Assembly: GCA_965243745.1 (NCBI GenBank)
Contig: CBDEVR010000002.1
Location: 327,263-391,262 of the forward strand
Source: Dehalococcoidia bacterium
Lineage (GTDB): Bacteria > Chloroflexota > Dehalococcoidia > Lucifugimonadales > Australimonadaceae
Reading direction: 5' to 3'
Length of the DNA stretch: 64,000 nucleotides
Shown: positions 1 through 9,786 of the stretch, one piece after another
Position numbering within the stretch: the stretch's first letter is position 1
Layout of the letters: each line of letters begins with the position of its first letter
Translations under genes and position numbers: made by a program
The notes under the pieces: generated by a model
The model's input: only the letters and a program-made list of their open reading frames with translations
Told to the model about the DNA's origin: nothing
Database searches by the model: none

Positions 1-179
1 TCACGGCGAGCGGCAGCATCATCGGGCCGGTCTACGCGGGCATCATGTACGACGCACGAGGCGACTACGTCTTCGCGTTCCTCTCGCTCGGGATGGTGAC
101 GATAGTGGGCTCACTCACGTTCTTCCTCGCCCGCCGACCTCCCCTCCCCGCACGAGCCCGGGCAGCCCGGGCAGGCTAG
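1..179 (+). CDS. C-terminal fragment of a membrane transporter (MFS-like), runs in from the window edge
   Basis: Frame 3 is open from the edge to TAG at 177-179. The translation ...GPVYAGIMYDARGDYVFAFLSLGMVTIVGSLTFFLARRPPLP is a terminal TM helix with a basic tail. Confidence 0.4.
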   Translation, partial: TASGSIIGPVYAGIMYDARGDYVFAFLSLGMVTIVGSLTFFLARRPPLPARARAARAG

Positions 180-180
180 C

Positions 181-1359
181 CTACCGGGCGAGACCCCACG
201 CGGCCTGCTCGTTGCCCTGCTCCGCGAGACGCGACGCGACAGACGCGATGAGGTTCCCCATCGCCGTCTCCGACCAGAACCAGCGCTGCAACTCGTCGTC
301 GTGCTCGTTCGGACGCTGGGAGAAGCGCGCCTCCATGAAGAACGCCTTGAGATCGTCAGAGGCAAGGCGCAGGAACCGTACCGGTTCGACCCCAGCCGGC
401 ATCCGCTCGTAGGTGGCGTCCTCTCCATCCGCAAAAGCCTGCAGGTAGCGAACGAGGCCCCTGAACTGGCGCTGCGGCACGCCGCTCAGCCCTACCATCG
501 TCCGGCCCTCGTGCTCGTCCACCCATCGCTCGTAGTAGCCGCGGAGCACTGTCACCTCGTCGGCGGGGTCGCTGTCGCGGTTCGCCGCGTCCGCCTGGGC
601 GGCGCTCGCCTGCAGCAGCACGGGCGGGGCGTCCGCATCCTCCGGGAACTCGGCGAAGACGGGCGTGTCGTTCTCCGACAGCAGGCCCAGGGCCGCGGAG
701 AGCACCTTCTGCTGGAAAGGCGGGTCGTCCGGGTTGCCGAGCGCGAACCCGAACGGGAACGGCACCCAGAGCGTCCGTGACGGCTTCACCCGCTGGGCAT
801 GCTCCTTGACGAGCGCGATCGTGACGGTCGGCAGGCCGGCCTCCTCGATGGCGCGCGCGAGCACACTGACCGTGTGCGTGCAGTTCGGTCAGGTCGGCGT
901 CAGGAAGGCCGCGTCGGCGCCCTCATCCAGCAGCAGGCGCCCGACCTCCGGGCCGGTCTCCTCTTCGATGCTGCGCGGGCTGCGCTGCGCCCCCATGAAC
1001 GAGTAGAAGTTCTCCGTCAGCGACCCCACTTCGCCGCGCTCCGCCATCTCCCGCAGCCGGTCGATGGGGAACGTGACGTTCACGTCCCGCATGATGCCCG
1101 TGCGGTCGAACCCGATGCTCATGTGGCTCTGGATGATCCCCGAGGCGGGCGTGGACGACGGGATGACGCGGTACGTCTGGTCCCCGCCGGAGAACGGCGT
1201 GTCGTCGCGCAGGTGCAAGCCCGCCGTCGTCACGAGCGCGATCTTCGCCTCGCTCAGCGGCTTGGACATCACCGCGCGCGGCGAGTCGTCATGGTCGAAG
1301 GCGGGGAAGTTCAGCATCCCCTGCCGCGTCAGGTCGGGCAGGTCCTCGAGTCTCGGCAT
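181..1359 (-). CDS. Glycine/sarcosine/betaine reductase selenoprotein B (GrdB)-like family protein with an in-frame TGA (putative selenocysteine)
   Basis: Track ORFs 889..1359 and 181..864 share one frame and are separated only by TGA (889-891) plus 8 sense codons. The joined product reads ...DAAFLTPT-U-PNCTHTVSVLARAIEEAGLPTVTIALVKEH...TLWVPFPFGFALG. From memory, this is the layout of GrdB-family proteins, which have Sec or Cys in a U/C-x-x-C motif at this point. Confidence 0.65.
861..877 (-). promoter_or_regulatory. Candidate bacterial SECIS hairpin
   Basis: The mRNA reads UGA + 11 nt + GCACAC-GGUCA-GUGUGC: a perfect 6-bp stem with a 5-nt loop containing GGU. Spacing and loop resemble the E. 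coli fdhF SECIS. Confidence 0.5.
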
Positions 1360-1362
1360 GGC

Positions 1363-1794
1363 CTACTCCTCCTCGTCGACGCCGTCCGGGGACGAGCGCG
1401 ACTGCTTGCGGCTGCCGCGCCGCCGCTTCTCTGCCAGCCGTTGCTCCACCGACGCCTGCGACGGACGCGTGGCGTGGCGTGAGCGCGGCGGGGCGGCGGC
1501 ATTGCGCAGGATGCCGACCAACCGCTCAACGGCGTCGTCGCGGTTGCGCTCCTGACTGCGGTAGCGCTGCGCCTTGATGATCAGCACCCCGTTGGCACTG
1601 AGCCTCCGTCCGGCGGCGCTGCGCAGGCGGCGCTTCACTTCCTCGGGCAGCGACGGCGAGGACGCGGCGTCGAAGTGCAGGTGCGCGGCGGTCGCGACGC
1701 GGTTCACGTTCTGCCCGCCCGGCCCTGCGGAGGTGACGTAGTGGAACTCCAGTTCGTGCTCGGCCAGATGGATATCGTCGGTGATGGGGATCAT
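1363..1794 (-). CDS. arfB: Alternative ribosome-rescue factor ArfB (peptidyl-tRNA hydrolase, RF-like GGQ domain)
   Basis: About 140 aa with a GGQ motif (SAGPGGQNVNRV) and a long basic C-terminal tail (RRRGSRKQSR...). Confidence 0.85.
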   Translation of the reverse strand: MIPITDDIHLAEHELEFHYVTSAGPGGQNVNRVATAAHLHFDAASSPSLPEEVKRRLRSAAGRRLSANGVLIIKAQRYRSQERNRDDAVERLVGILRNAAAPPRSRHATRPSQASVEQRLAEKRRRGSRKQSRSSPDGVDEEE

Positions 1795-1884
1795 GCCTTC
1801 ATGGTAACGCCTGCGCCCTTCGCGTTGACAGACCCCCGCCTGCTGCTATGCTCGCTCCACACCCAACCTCTGTGAGGAGTGAGC

Positions 1885-2781
1885 ATGGCGCGCAGCAGCA
1901 ACAGCATCCGGTTCGGACTCAACCCGCGGGGACTCCCCTACGACCGCGTCGTCGCGGTCGCGCAGGCCGCCGAGGCCGCGGGCTTCCAGAACATCTCGTT
2001 CAGCGACAGGCCGCCAGAGAACAACCTGGAAGGGTGGACGCTGGCGACCGCAGTGGCGCTGCAGACTAACCGGCTCCGCGTGACGCACTCCACCCTCAAC
2101 GTCCCGTTCCGCAACCCGGCGATGCTCTCCAAGATGGCCACCGCGCTCGACCACATCACCGGCGGCGACCGGGTCATCCTGACGCTCGGCACCGGTATCC
2201 AGGAGAACCACTTCACCACGTACGGCATCGAGTTCGGCACACCCGGCGAGCGCGTCGACGGCCTGATCGACGCCATCGAGATACTGCGCGGCACGTGGGC
2301 GAACGAGCAGTTCAGCTACTCCGGCAAGCGCTACAGCGTCGAGGACGCCACCGTCACGCCGACGCCCGTGAACGGCACGATCCCCATCTTCCTCGGCGCC
2401 GCCCTGCCGCGCATGCTCCGCCTCACCGGGCGCGTCGCCGACGGCTGGATACGCAACGGCGGCTGGCCGTCCGACCTCGACGCCTACCGCGCGCAGCTCG
2501 CCGCGGTTGTGGAGGCCGCGAGCGCTGCGGGACGCGACCCCGGCTCGCTGCACCGCGTCGTGAACTGCAACGCCTACGTCGGCGACGAGGACCCGACGAC
2601 GAAACTCGCGACGGTGTTCGGCAATCCCGGGGGGCTGATGGGGACGGCGGAGCAGGTGCTGGAGACCGTCGAGCAGTACCGCGAGGCCGGCATCGACACG
2701 TTCCACGTCCAGTTCCAGAACGACATCATCGACGAGCAGATCCCCGCGTTCGGAGAGTTGGTCATCGCGAAAGCAAGGTAG
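1885..2781 (+). CDS. LLM-class (luciferase-like) flavin/F420-dependent oxidoreductase
   Basis: N-terminus IRFGLNP...AQAAEAAGFQNISFSDR and an LTLGTG motif. ATG at 1885 follows a GAGGAG Shine-Dalgarno; the track start at 1879 is a GTG. Confidence 0.8.
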   Translation: MARSSNSIRFGLNPRGLPYDRVVAVAQAAEAAGFQNISFSDRPPENNLEGWTLATAVALQTNRLRVTHSTLNVPFRNPAMLSKMATALDHITGGDRVILTLGTGIQENHFTTYGIEFGTPGERVDGLIDAIEILRGTWANEQFSYSGKRYSVEDATVTPTPVNGTIPIFLGAALPRMLRLTGRVADGWIRNGGWPSDLDAYRAQLAAVVEAASAAGRDPGSLHRVVNCNAYVGDEDPTTKLATVFGNPGGLMGTAEQVLETVEQYREAGIDTFHVQFQNDIIDEQIPAFGELVIAKAR

Positions 2782-2791
2782 GAAGGCGCGT

Positions 2792-4348
2792 CTACGACTT
2801 CCGCAGCGCGCGACCGGGGAACGCGCCGGTGTGCCGCCCCTGCTCCCACACGAGCGTGCCGTTGACGAACACGTACTCGATGCCCGTCGCCAGCTGCTTC
2901 GGCGACTCGAACGTCGCCTGCGCGCGCACGCGCTCCGGGTCGAACACGACCACGTCCGCCTTCGCGCCGTCGCGCAGCACGCCGCGGTCCCGCAGCCCCA
3001 GCCGCCGAGCCGAAGCGCCGGTCATCTTGTGCACCGCGTCCTCCAGGCGCAGCGTGCCCTGCTCGACGGCCTGTCCCAGCAGATAGGGGAACGTGCCGTA
3101 GGTGCGCGGGTTCGGCATCTCGCCCGTCATCAGACCGTCGCTGCCCACCATCTGCGCCGGGTGCGCCATGATGGTGCGCACGTTGTCCGGATTGCCGGTG
3201 CGAGCGACGAATGCCACCTCCAGCCGCTCCTCGATGAGCAGGTCGCAGATCGTGTCCACCATCCGCTTTCCCTGCGCATCCGCCATATCCTGCAGCGAGC
3301 GCCCCTCCCACTCCTTGTTCTTCTCCGAGCCGACGTGGGCGAACATGTAGTCCGCCAGCGAACCTCCCCACTGTGGGTAGACGCCGTCCGCTATCTGGTC
3401 CCGTACGTCCTTGTCCGCGATGCGCTGCAGCAGCATCTCCGGCCCGCCCTCGTGCACCCACGGCGGAATGAGCGACAGCAGGATCGTGCTCGCCGCCGGG
3501 TACGGGTACTGGTCGAACGTCACGTCCACGCCCGACGAACGCGCCTCGTCCACCAATCCAACCATCCGCTCGCCCATGCCGGGGACGGGGTTGTGGTAGT
3601 GCGATATCTGCACCGGCGCGCCCGACTCCCTGCCGACCGCGACCGCCTCGCGGAACGGGTCCAGCAGGCCGTCGCCGAGCGCGTAGCGGCTGTGCGTCAC
3701 GTAGATGCCGCCGTAGGGCGCGACGGCGCTCGCGATCGAGGTCAGCTCGTGGGTATCGCTGTAGATGTTGGGCACGTACGTGAGACCCGTGGAGAAGCCG
3801 AACGCCCCGTCGCGCATCCCCTGCTCAGCCAGCGCCCTCATACGCGCCAGCTCCGCTTCCGTCGGCAGGCGGTTCGCCCATCCCATCGCCTCAATGCGGA
3901 GCGCCGCGTGCGGTACGAAGTACACGACGTTGCACGACGACGTGCCCTCAAACAGGTCGAGGAACGACGCTACCGATGTCCACTCCGTCCCCTCCGGCGG
4001 GCGTCCGTTCACGGCGGCGAGATAGTCCACGAGGTGCTGCCGGTTGACGGGAGAGATGGGAGCGTAGGAGAGGCCGTCCTGCCCCAGAGCCTCGGTCGTC
4101 ACACCCTGGCTCACCTTCGGCTCGTGGCGCGGCGAGGAGAGCAGCGCGAAATCTGAGTGGGAGTGCATGTCGATGAAGCCGGGGCAGACCGCCATGCCGG
4201 ACGCGTCTATCGTGCGCCCCGCCTCGACGTTCGACACGTCGCCTTCGAGCACCGTGACGGTGTCGCCCTCGATGCCGACGGCGGCACGGAACCAGGCGCG
4301 TCCCGCGCCATCGATCACCTTCCCGTTGACGATGAGCGTGTCGAACAT
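2792..4348 (-). CDS. N-acyl-D-amino-acid deacylase (D-aminoacylase) family amidohydrolase
   Basis: MFDTLIVNGKVIDG...GMAVCPGFIDMHSHSD metal-binding motif; 518 aa, typical of the family. Confidence 0.8.
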   Translation of the reverse strand: MFDTLIVNGKVIDGAGRAWFRAAVGIEGDTVTVLEGDVSNVEAGRTIDASGMAVCPGFIDMHSHSDFALLSSPRHEPKVSQGVTTEALGQDGLSYAPISPVNRQHLVDYLAAVNGRPPEGTEWTSVASFLDLFEGTSSCNVVYFVPHAALRIEAMGWANRLPTEAELARMRALAEQGMRDGAFGFSTGLTYVPNIYSDTHELTSIASAVAPYGGIYVTHSRYALGDGLLDPFREAVAVGRESGAPVQISHYHNPVPGMGERMVGLVDEARSSGVDVTFDQYPYPAASTILLSLIPPWVHEGGPEMLLQRIADKDVRDQIADGVYPQWGGSLADYMFAHVGSEKNKEWEGRSLQDMADAQGKRMVDTICDLLIEERLEVAFVARTGNPDNVRTIMAHPAQMVGSDGLMTGEMPNPRTYGTFPYLLGQAVEQGTLRLEDAVHKMTGASARRLGLRDRGVLRDGAKADVVVFDPERVRAQATFESPKQLATGIEYVFVNGTLVWEQGRHTGAFPGRALRKS

Positions 4349-4369
4349 GGGGAATTCGCCCGATGGACC

Positions 4370-4870
4370 CTAGTCCGGGTGGCGAGCGCGGCTCGCGGCC
4401 TGGGAGACCTGCACCGCACGTTGCGCCATCACGGCTTCGGCAAGCGTGTGGAACCTGCCCGACACCACCTTGAGCACCTGGCCGAGCAGTCGATAGCCGA
4501 TATGCGGGTCGCGGACGCACAGGTCCGCGAGTTGGGAACCTTCGAACCGCGCGAGCGTCGCATCGGTCACGCAGACGGCGGTGAGCGAGTACACGAACGG
4601 CTCCACGAGGGCAGACCAGCCGAATATCTGCCCCGCCTTGGCAGTGGAGACCTTCCGGTGCGGCGTATCGATGCCCCACCACTCCGGGACGTTCATGCGG
4701 AGTTCGACCTCGCCGTCGAGCGCGACGTAGAGGTGCTGCGCGTATTCCCCGCTCTTGAATATCTCGCTGTCCGCTTCCGCGGTGACGGTGGTGGCCAGGT
4801 CCTCGAAACGTTCGATCTGGACGGGACTGAATCCCCGGAGCAACTCGCTATGGGCTAACACGCTCTCCAA
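4370..4870 (-). CDS. Stand-alone cyclic-nucleotide-binding (cNMP) domain protein
   Basis: 166 aa. The pattern LLRGFSPVQIERFEDL...IFKSGEYAQHLYVALDGEVEL...GQIFGWSAL matches the Crp-type beta-roll. There is no HTH domain. Confidence 0.65.
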   Translation of the reverse strand: MESVLAHSELLRGFSPVQIERFEDLATTVTAEADSEIFKSGEYAQHLYVALDGEVELRMNVPEWWGIDTPHRKVSTAKAGQIFGWSALVEPFVYSLTAVCVTDATLARFEGSQLADLCVRDPHIGYRLLGQVLKVVSGRFHTLAEAVMAQRAVQVSQAASRARHPD

Positions 4871-4979
4871 CTCGGCCCTCCCATGTACCGATCGTGTTGA
4901 CAGCAGTGCGGGTTACACCACGCGCAATCCTGCTTGGCATGGCTTTAGCGTAGCAGATACGGGGCTGTACGAAACGGGT

Positions 4980-5969
4980 TCACGACGAGAGATCGACGAC
5001 GATATTCCCTATCGCGGCGTTGCTCTCCTGCAGTTCATGCGCCGCCGCGATGTCATCCAGCGGCATGGCGGCTGCGATGGGGTGCGTGAGCGCGCCGGCC
5101 GTGATGGCCCTCGCGATGTCCTCCACCGCCTGCCGCTTGGCCGCCTCCGGCTCCGAGTAGACGAGTACGAAGTGGACGGTCGCGTTCTTCCGGGAGAGCG
5201 CCTGGTACTCCACAGCGGGCTCGCGGTCGCCGGTGGACGCATAGCAGCCGATGGCGCCGTTCAGTCGCAGGGCGCGCTTGCTGGCCGCAAGGTTCCCGCC
5301 GAAGTCGACCTCGACGATGCGTTCGGCGCCCTCGCCGCCGGTGAGCTCCAGCACGCGCTCGCCCACGTCCTCGGTGCGGTAGTTGATCGTATGGTCGGCG
5401 CCGGCCCGCAGGGCGTGCCCCGCCTTCTCGTCCGAACTCACCGTGGCGATGACGGTCGCCCCGCCCCATTTGGCCAACTGGATGGCGCAGTGCCCCACGG
5501 CGCCTGCACCGCCAGTCACCAGGACGGTCATGCCGCCGACGGGCCCACTCGCGAAGAGGCAGCGGTGCGCCGTCATGGCGGGTATGCCGATGCACGCGCC
5601 CTCCTGGAACGTGACGCTCTCCGGGAGCGCCGGAGCGTGAGCAGACGGCAGCGCGATGTACTCGGCCGCGGTGCCGAACGGACGCTGCCATTGTCCCTCG
5701 AAGAGCCAGACGCGCTCACCGACTCGTGACGCATCCACCCCAGCGCCGACCGCCTCGATAACGCCCGCGCCGTCGCTGTGCGGGATGATGCGGGGGAACG
5801 GCATCTGCGGTCCGCGCGAGCCGGTGCGCGATTTCCAGTCCGACGGGTTCACGCCGGAGGCATGCACACGCACCAGCACCTCGCCGGGCCCTGGCTCCGG
5901 GTCTGGCATCTCGCCGACGTGGAAGACGTCCCGCGCCGGGCCGTACCGCTCATACCATGCCGCTCTCAT
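4980..5969 (-). CDS. NADPH:quinone reductase / zinc-type alcohol dehydrogenase superfamily (MDR) oxidoreductase
   Basis: MRAAWYERYGPARDVFHVGEMPDPEPGPGEVLVRVHASGVNPSDW... plus a GGAGAVG Rossmann motif. Start ATG 5967-5969 is preceded by GGAGGAG; the track ORF extends further upstream. Confidence 0.8.
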   Translation of the reverse strand: MRAAWYERYGPARDVFHVGEMPDPEPGPGEVLVRVHASGVNPSDWKSRTGSRGPQMPFPRIIPHSDGAGVIEAVGAGVDASRVGERVWLFEGQWQRPFGTAAEYIALPSAHAPALPESVTFQEGACIGIPAMTAHRCLFASGPVGGMTVLVTGGAGAVGHCAIQLAKWGGATVIATVSSDEKAGHALRAGADHTINYRTEDVGERVLELTGGEGAERIVEVDFGGNLAASKRALRLNGAIGCYASTGDREPAVEYQALSRKNATVHFVLVYSEPEAAKRQAVEDIARAITAGALTHPIAAAMPLDDIAAAHELQESNAAIGNIVVDLSS

Positions 5970-5976
5970 GCTCCTC

Positions 5977-7053
5977 CTAGATATCGCACTCGACGTCGAA
6001 CTCCGCGCAGACGCCGCGGAACCACTCGACCACCTCGCGATGCAGCGGGATGCCCTGCACAGAGCGCTCCTCCAGTGCGTCCCACTCCGGATCGCCTGCA
6101 ACCATCACGCGATCGTGGCCCGCCGCGGGAGGCGTCGCCTTCAACTCGCGGATGAAGTCGTCCATCCGTCCCTTGAACTCGCCAACGTCGCTGAAGGCGT
6201 CGATGTTGTACGCAGCGACGTAGTGGCGGTAGTTCTGGCGTCCGGCCTGCATCCCGTAGTCCGTCCCGGAAAGCACGGAGCAGAGGATGTCGACCGCCAC
6301 CGCGAGGCCGTAGCCCTTGTGCGAACCGGCGTCGCGGTTCGTGCCGAGCGGCAGCAGGATGTAGTCGTCCGGCACGGGCGCGGGCTCCATCACCGGCGTG
6401 CCGTCCTCCGCCGCGATGGTCCCCGGCGGGAGCAGCGTCCCCATCCGGCGGGCGTTCCGCACCTTGTTGACCGGCACCACGCTGGTCGCCATGTCGAATA
6501 CCCACGGACGCTCCTCCAGCGTGGGTGCGGCGATGGCGATGGGGTTGGTCCCGAGACGCGGCGCCCGTCCGAACGTCGGCGCGACGTCCGGCCCGGTGGC
6601 CGTCATGCAAACACCGATCATGTCGTGCGGGAGCGCCAGCATCGCGTGGTAGGCCGCCATGCCGACGTGCCCGCCATTGAACATCGTGACGACGCCGATG
6701 CCGGTATGTCTCGCCTTCTCGATGGCGATCTCCATCGCCTTCGGAGCGATGATGACGCCAAGCCCGCGGTCGCAGTCGATGTTCGCGGAGGCCGCGCGCT
6801 CCCGCACGACACGCCACTGCGGCGCGATCTTCTGCACGCCGTTCTGGTAGCGGTCCAGGTAGACCTTCAGCATGTTGGAGACGCCGTGGCTGTCCACCCC
6901 ACGCAGATCGGCGGTGACGAGCACGTCCGCCGCGAGCGCAGCATCCCCGGGCGCGAGGCCTACCTTCTCGAACAGCGCTTCCGTCGCTTCCCGCAGCGGC
7001 CCGGCCTGTACGCGAACGGCGTCCTCCTCCCGGATGTGGAAGCTCTGCGTCAC
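5977..7053 (-). CDS. Ldh family 2 oxidoreductase (malate/L-lactate/sulfolactate dehydrogenase type)
   Basis: ADVLVTADLRGVDSHGVSNMLKVYL and ...NPIAIAAP... motifs; 358 aa. Confidence 0.75.
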   Translation of the reverse strand: MTQSFHIREEDAVRVQAGPLREATEALFEKVGLAPGDAALAADVLVTADLRGVDSHGVSNMLKVYLDRYQNGVQKIAPQWRVVRERAASANIDCDRGLGVIIAPKAMEIAIEKARHTGIGVVTMFNGGHVGMAAYHAMLALPHDMIGVCMTATGPDVAPTFGRAPRLGTNPIAIAAPTLEERPWVFDMATSVVPVNKVRNARRMGTLLPPGTIAAEDGTPVMEPAPVPDDYILLPLGTNRDAGSHKGYGLAVAVDILCSVLSGTDYGMQAGRQNYRHYVAAYNIDAFSDVGEFKGRMDDFIRELKATPPAAGHDRVMVAGDPEWDALEERSVQGIPLHREVVEWFRGVCAEFDVECDI

Positions 7054-7469
7054 GACGCACTCTCCAATGCGGCGAGGCCCGCCACCGCTACTGCTTCGTC
7101 CTCCGCCGGTCGCGCGCCGCTGACGCCTATCGCCCCAACCATCGTGCCGTCCGGCCTGCGGACGGGCAGCGCGCCCTGCCAGGGGATGAGCCGCCCGTTC
7201 TCCATCATGGAGAGCGCTCGGACGACGGGTTGATCCCAGCGGTCAGCGAGGTCGCCGCTCGGCATATCCCATGCGGCCGACGCTGCAGCCTTGCCCTGGG
7301 AGATGGGGACGCTGCGCCAGAGCGCGCCGTCCATGCGGTGCAACGCGACGAGATCGCCGCGCGGGTCAAGCACCGCGATGCTGACGCGGATGCCGAGTTC
7401 CTCAGCCTTCACGCGCCCCGCCTCGAGCATCCGCACCGCTTCGTCCAACTGCAACGGTCCCATAGGCAC
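7050..7469 (-). CDS. GlcG/HbpS-like (DUF336) heme-binding protein
   Basis: 139 aa with ISQGKAAASAAW...GAIGVSGARPAEDEAVA, typical of DUF336. It overlaps the downstream Ldh gene by 4 nt. Confidence 0.7.
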   Translation of the reverse strand: MPMGPLQLDEAVRMLEAGRVKAEELGIRVSIAVLDPRGDLVALHRMDGALWRSVPISQGKAAASAAWDMPSGDLADRWDQPVVRALSMMENGRLIPWQGALPVRRPDGTMVGAIGVSGARPAEDEAVAVAGLAALESAS

Positions 7470-7898
7470 ACTCCTCTACGTGCGCGGCGCAGGATAGCGC
7501 ATAACGCAGGTGGGCGGAGTGCGTGTAGGGGTCGAGCGGGAGCAAGGGGTAGCGCCGGCGGCGGGGTTCGTGTATAACACCCCCGCAACTGCGTTAAAAG
7601 AGGTGTCCTGAGCAACTGGGGCGCCCGAGTTCGCCGTTCGGAGTCGGCCCCCCAGTCCCCCGGGGCCACCTCATCCTGCGGCTCGCTCAAACCACAGTCA
7701 CTCAGGACGGGGCTATCTTAAACAGCGCGTTAAAGCGCTGTCAAGCGATTTCAAGCGGATTTCAGCGCGGTTTCGCCGTCACCTCTGTATTGATACCTGG
7801 CTGCCGGTTTTACAAGTGCCAGTATCGATAGACGGCCTGTTCGGTTCACCCTCACCCCAGCCCTCTCCCCTCAAGAGAGAGGGGCCAGACTCCCTGCC

Positions 7899-8684
7899 CT
7901 ATGGTCCGTAACCGAGGCGCTCCATGGTCTGGTCGTCGGTGCCTGGCATGACGTAGGGCGGGCGGCGCTCGGAGGTGACGGAGACGTTCGGGTCCTCGAG
8001 GTCGACCCCCATGAACACCAGTGTCCGCGTCGCGATGTGCTCGACTCCCCCGCTGCCGAGCACGCGGAACGGGCGGTCGTGGCCGGGATAGATGACCTCC
8101 GCCTCCTCCAGAACACGCTCGATGCTCCGGCGCGAGGCCTCCTCGCTCCAGAAGACGTTGGCGTTCACCTTGGTCAGCGCAACCTGAGCGTTCGCCACGC
8201 CGTCGCCCGTTATCGCGACCGGACCCTCGGACGTATCGACGACGAGGGCGATGGTGCCGGCAGAGTGTCCCGGCGTGTGCAGGATGCGCACGCCTTTCTC
8301 GATCTCGTAGCCGTCCTCGACCTCCTTGAGGTTCGAGATGGTATCGAGCATCGCGCTCGTCCAGAGGGGCGTGGCCCAGTCGTTGGGATGAGGGTTGCGT
8401 GCGTACCTGCGCTCCCACGCGTGGATCAACACTTCGGCGGTGTCGAGCACGTCGTAGTTCTGGGCGTGATCCCAGTGCGAGTGGGTCATCACCGCGACGT
8501 CGATGTCGGACGGCTCCAGGCCGCGCTCCGCCAGCGCCTCGAGCAGGGCACGCCGCCTGCCGACGTGCCCCGTGTCCACGACGATGTTGCGGTCGCCGCG
8601 CACGAGCAGCGTGCTGCAGTAGCCGATGGAGCCGTAGTTCGTCGCGATGGACTCTCCGTGCAGCAGGACCTCAACGGTCGGCAT
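7899..8684 (-). CDS. MBL-fold metallo-hydrolase (lactonase-like)
   Basis: HSHWDH metal motif. Start ATG 8682-8684 follows GGAAGGAGA; the track ORF is longer. Confidence 0.75.
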   Translation of the reverse strand: MPTVEVLLHGESIATNYGSIGYCSTLLVRGDRNIVVDTGHVGRRRALLEALAERGLEPSDIDVAVMTHSHWDHAQNYDVLDTAEVLIHAWERRYARNPHPNDWATPLWTSAMLDTISNLKEVEDGYEIEKGVRILHTPGHSAGTIALVVDTSEGPVAITGDGVANAQVALTKVNANVFWSEEASRRSIERVLEEAEVIYPGHDRPFRVLGSGGVEHIATRTLVFMGVDLEDPNVSVTSERRPPYVMPGTDDQTMERLGYGP

Positions 8685-8817
8685 GGCGTCTCCTTCCGTG
8701 GGCAGATGTTCCCTGTTGAGACAGGGCGCATAGTAGGCGCAGCCAGCGCAACCGGGCAAGGGGCGGGTGGAGCCTGAGAGATTCCTCGGCTCCGCTCGGA
8801 AATGACACCCTTCAGCC

Positions 8818-9666
8818 GTGTGCTACGCTCACGCCATGCAGCTGCGGAACGTGGACCGAGGCCTGACCTACGCCGATCTCACCTTCATCCACGAGGCGCT
8901 CGGGAGGGACGCGCCCGCCGAGGACGAGATGCCGCGACTGCTCGCGAATGAAGAACGCCGGGCGGAGCTGCTCGGCAGCCAACGCCTATTCGACGCCCTG
9001 CTGCCCCACGACGGCTCGCTCGCGCCGGTCTCGCCGCGGCTCTTCTTCGAGACGCTGCTGCGCCGCGCAGTCGAAGAGCTGCAAGGCACGCGGCACACGT
9101 TCGAGCGCACCGGCTCGGTCTCCGGCGAGCGCGTGCCGGTGTTCGACGCGGCGGAGGTGGCGGCGTTCGCGGCGCAGCCGCGCATCCTGCACTACCTCGC
9201 GTCGATGCTGTCGTCGTTCACGAAGGTGCACAGCCACACGGAGCGCGTCTGGGTACGGCGCGGCGTCGTACGCAAGGTGCGCTACAGCGACCTGGACGTG
9301 CACTCGATGCTGCGGCTGATCCAGCAGACCGAGGAGCACGAGCGCCTGCCGCTCTACCGGCGGACAGGCGACCTCTGCCTGCTCATCCTCGGCATCTTCC
9401 CGGATTTCGCCGCGACCGCCCAGCGTTACCCGGGCTCGGGCGCACTGCGGGCGCAGTCATCGTACCGGCGCAGGCTGAGCACGGAGGAGTACGAGACGGT
9501 CGCGGCGGAGATGTACGGTCACGCGGCGCGGTACGACACGGGGGAAGCGTCGGCGGTCCACCGCACGCTCGCCGCCCGCATCCCGGACGCCAGGAAGCCG
9601 CTCAACTTCATGGCCGAGCACTACCTCGGTTTCCGCCGCGACCGGCTGTTCGGAACGGGGGAGTGA
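8818..9666 (+). CDS. Hypothetical protein
   Basis: Long ORF in an otherwise empty interval. No family recognised. The start is uncertain (an alternative ATG lies 6 codons in). Confidence 0.45.
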   Translation: MCYAHAMQLRNVDRGLTYADLTFIHEALGRDAPAEDEMPRLLANEERRAELLGSQRLFDALLPHDGSLAPVSPRLFFETLLRRAVEELQGTRHTFERTGSVSGERVPVFDAAEVAAFAAQPRILHYLASMLSSFTKVHSHTERVWVRRGVVRKVRYSDLDVHSMLRLIQQTEEHERLPLYRRTGDLCLLILGIFPDFAATAQRYPGSGALRAQSSYRRRLSTEEYETVAAEMYGHAARYDTGEASAVHRTLAARIPDARKPLNFMAEHYLGFRRDRLFGTGE

Positions 9667-9700
9667 GGGTGGCGCATACTCGTCGAATGACACAAAACGA

Positions 9701-9729
9701 TTGACACCGGTCGGCGAACTTCCTATCCT
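9701..9729 (+). promoter_or_regulatory. Sigma-70-like promoter (TTGACA-N17-TATCCT)
   Basis: Exact TTGACA at 9701-9706, a 17-nt spacer, then TATCCT at 9724-9729. It lies about 60 nt upstream of the 9787 ORF. Confidence 0.4.
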
Positions 9730-9786
9730 TGAGATGGTCCAGCGCATTGCGCGCGGACAACAGGGAGAGAGAGAAGCGACCCAGCA

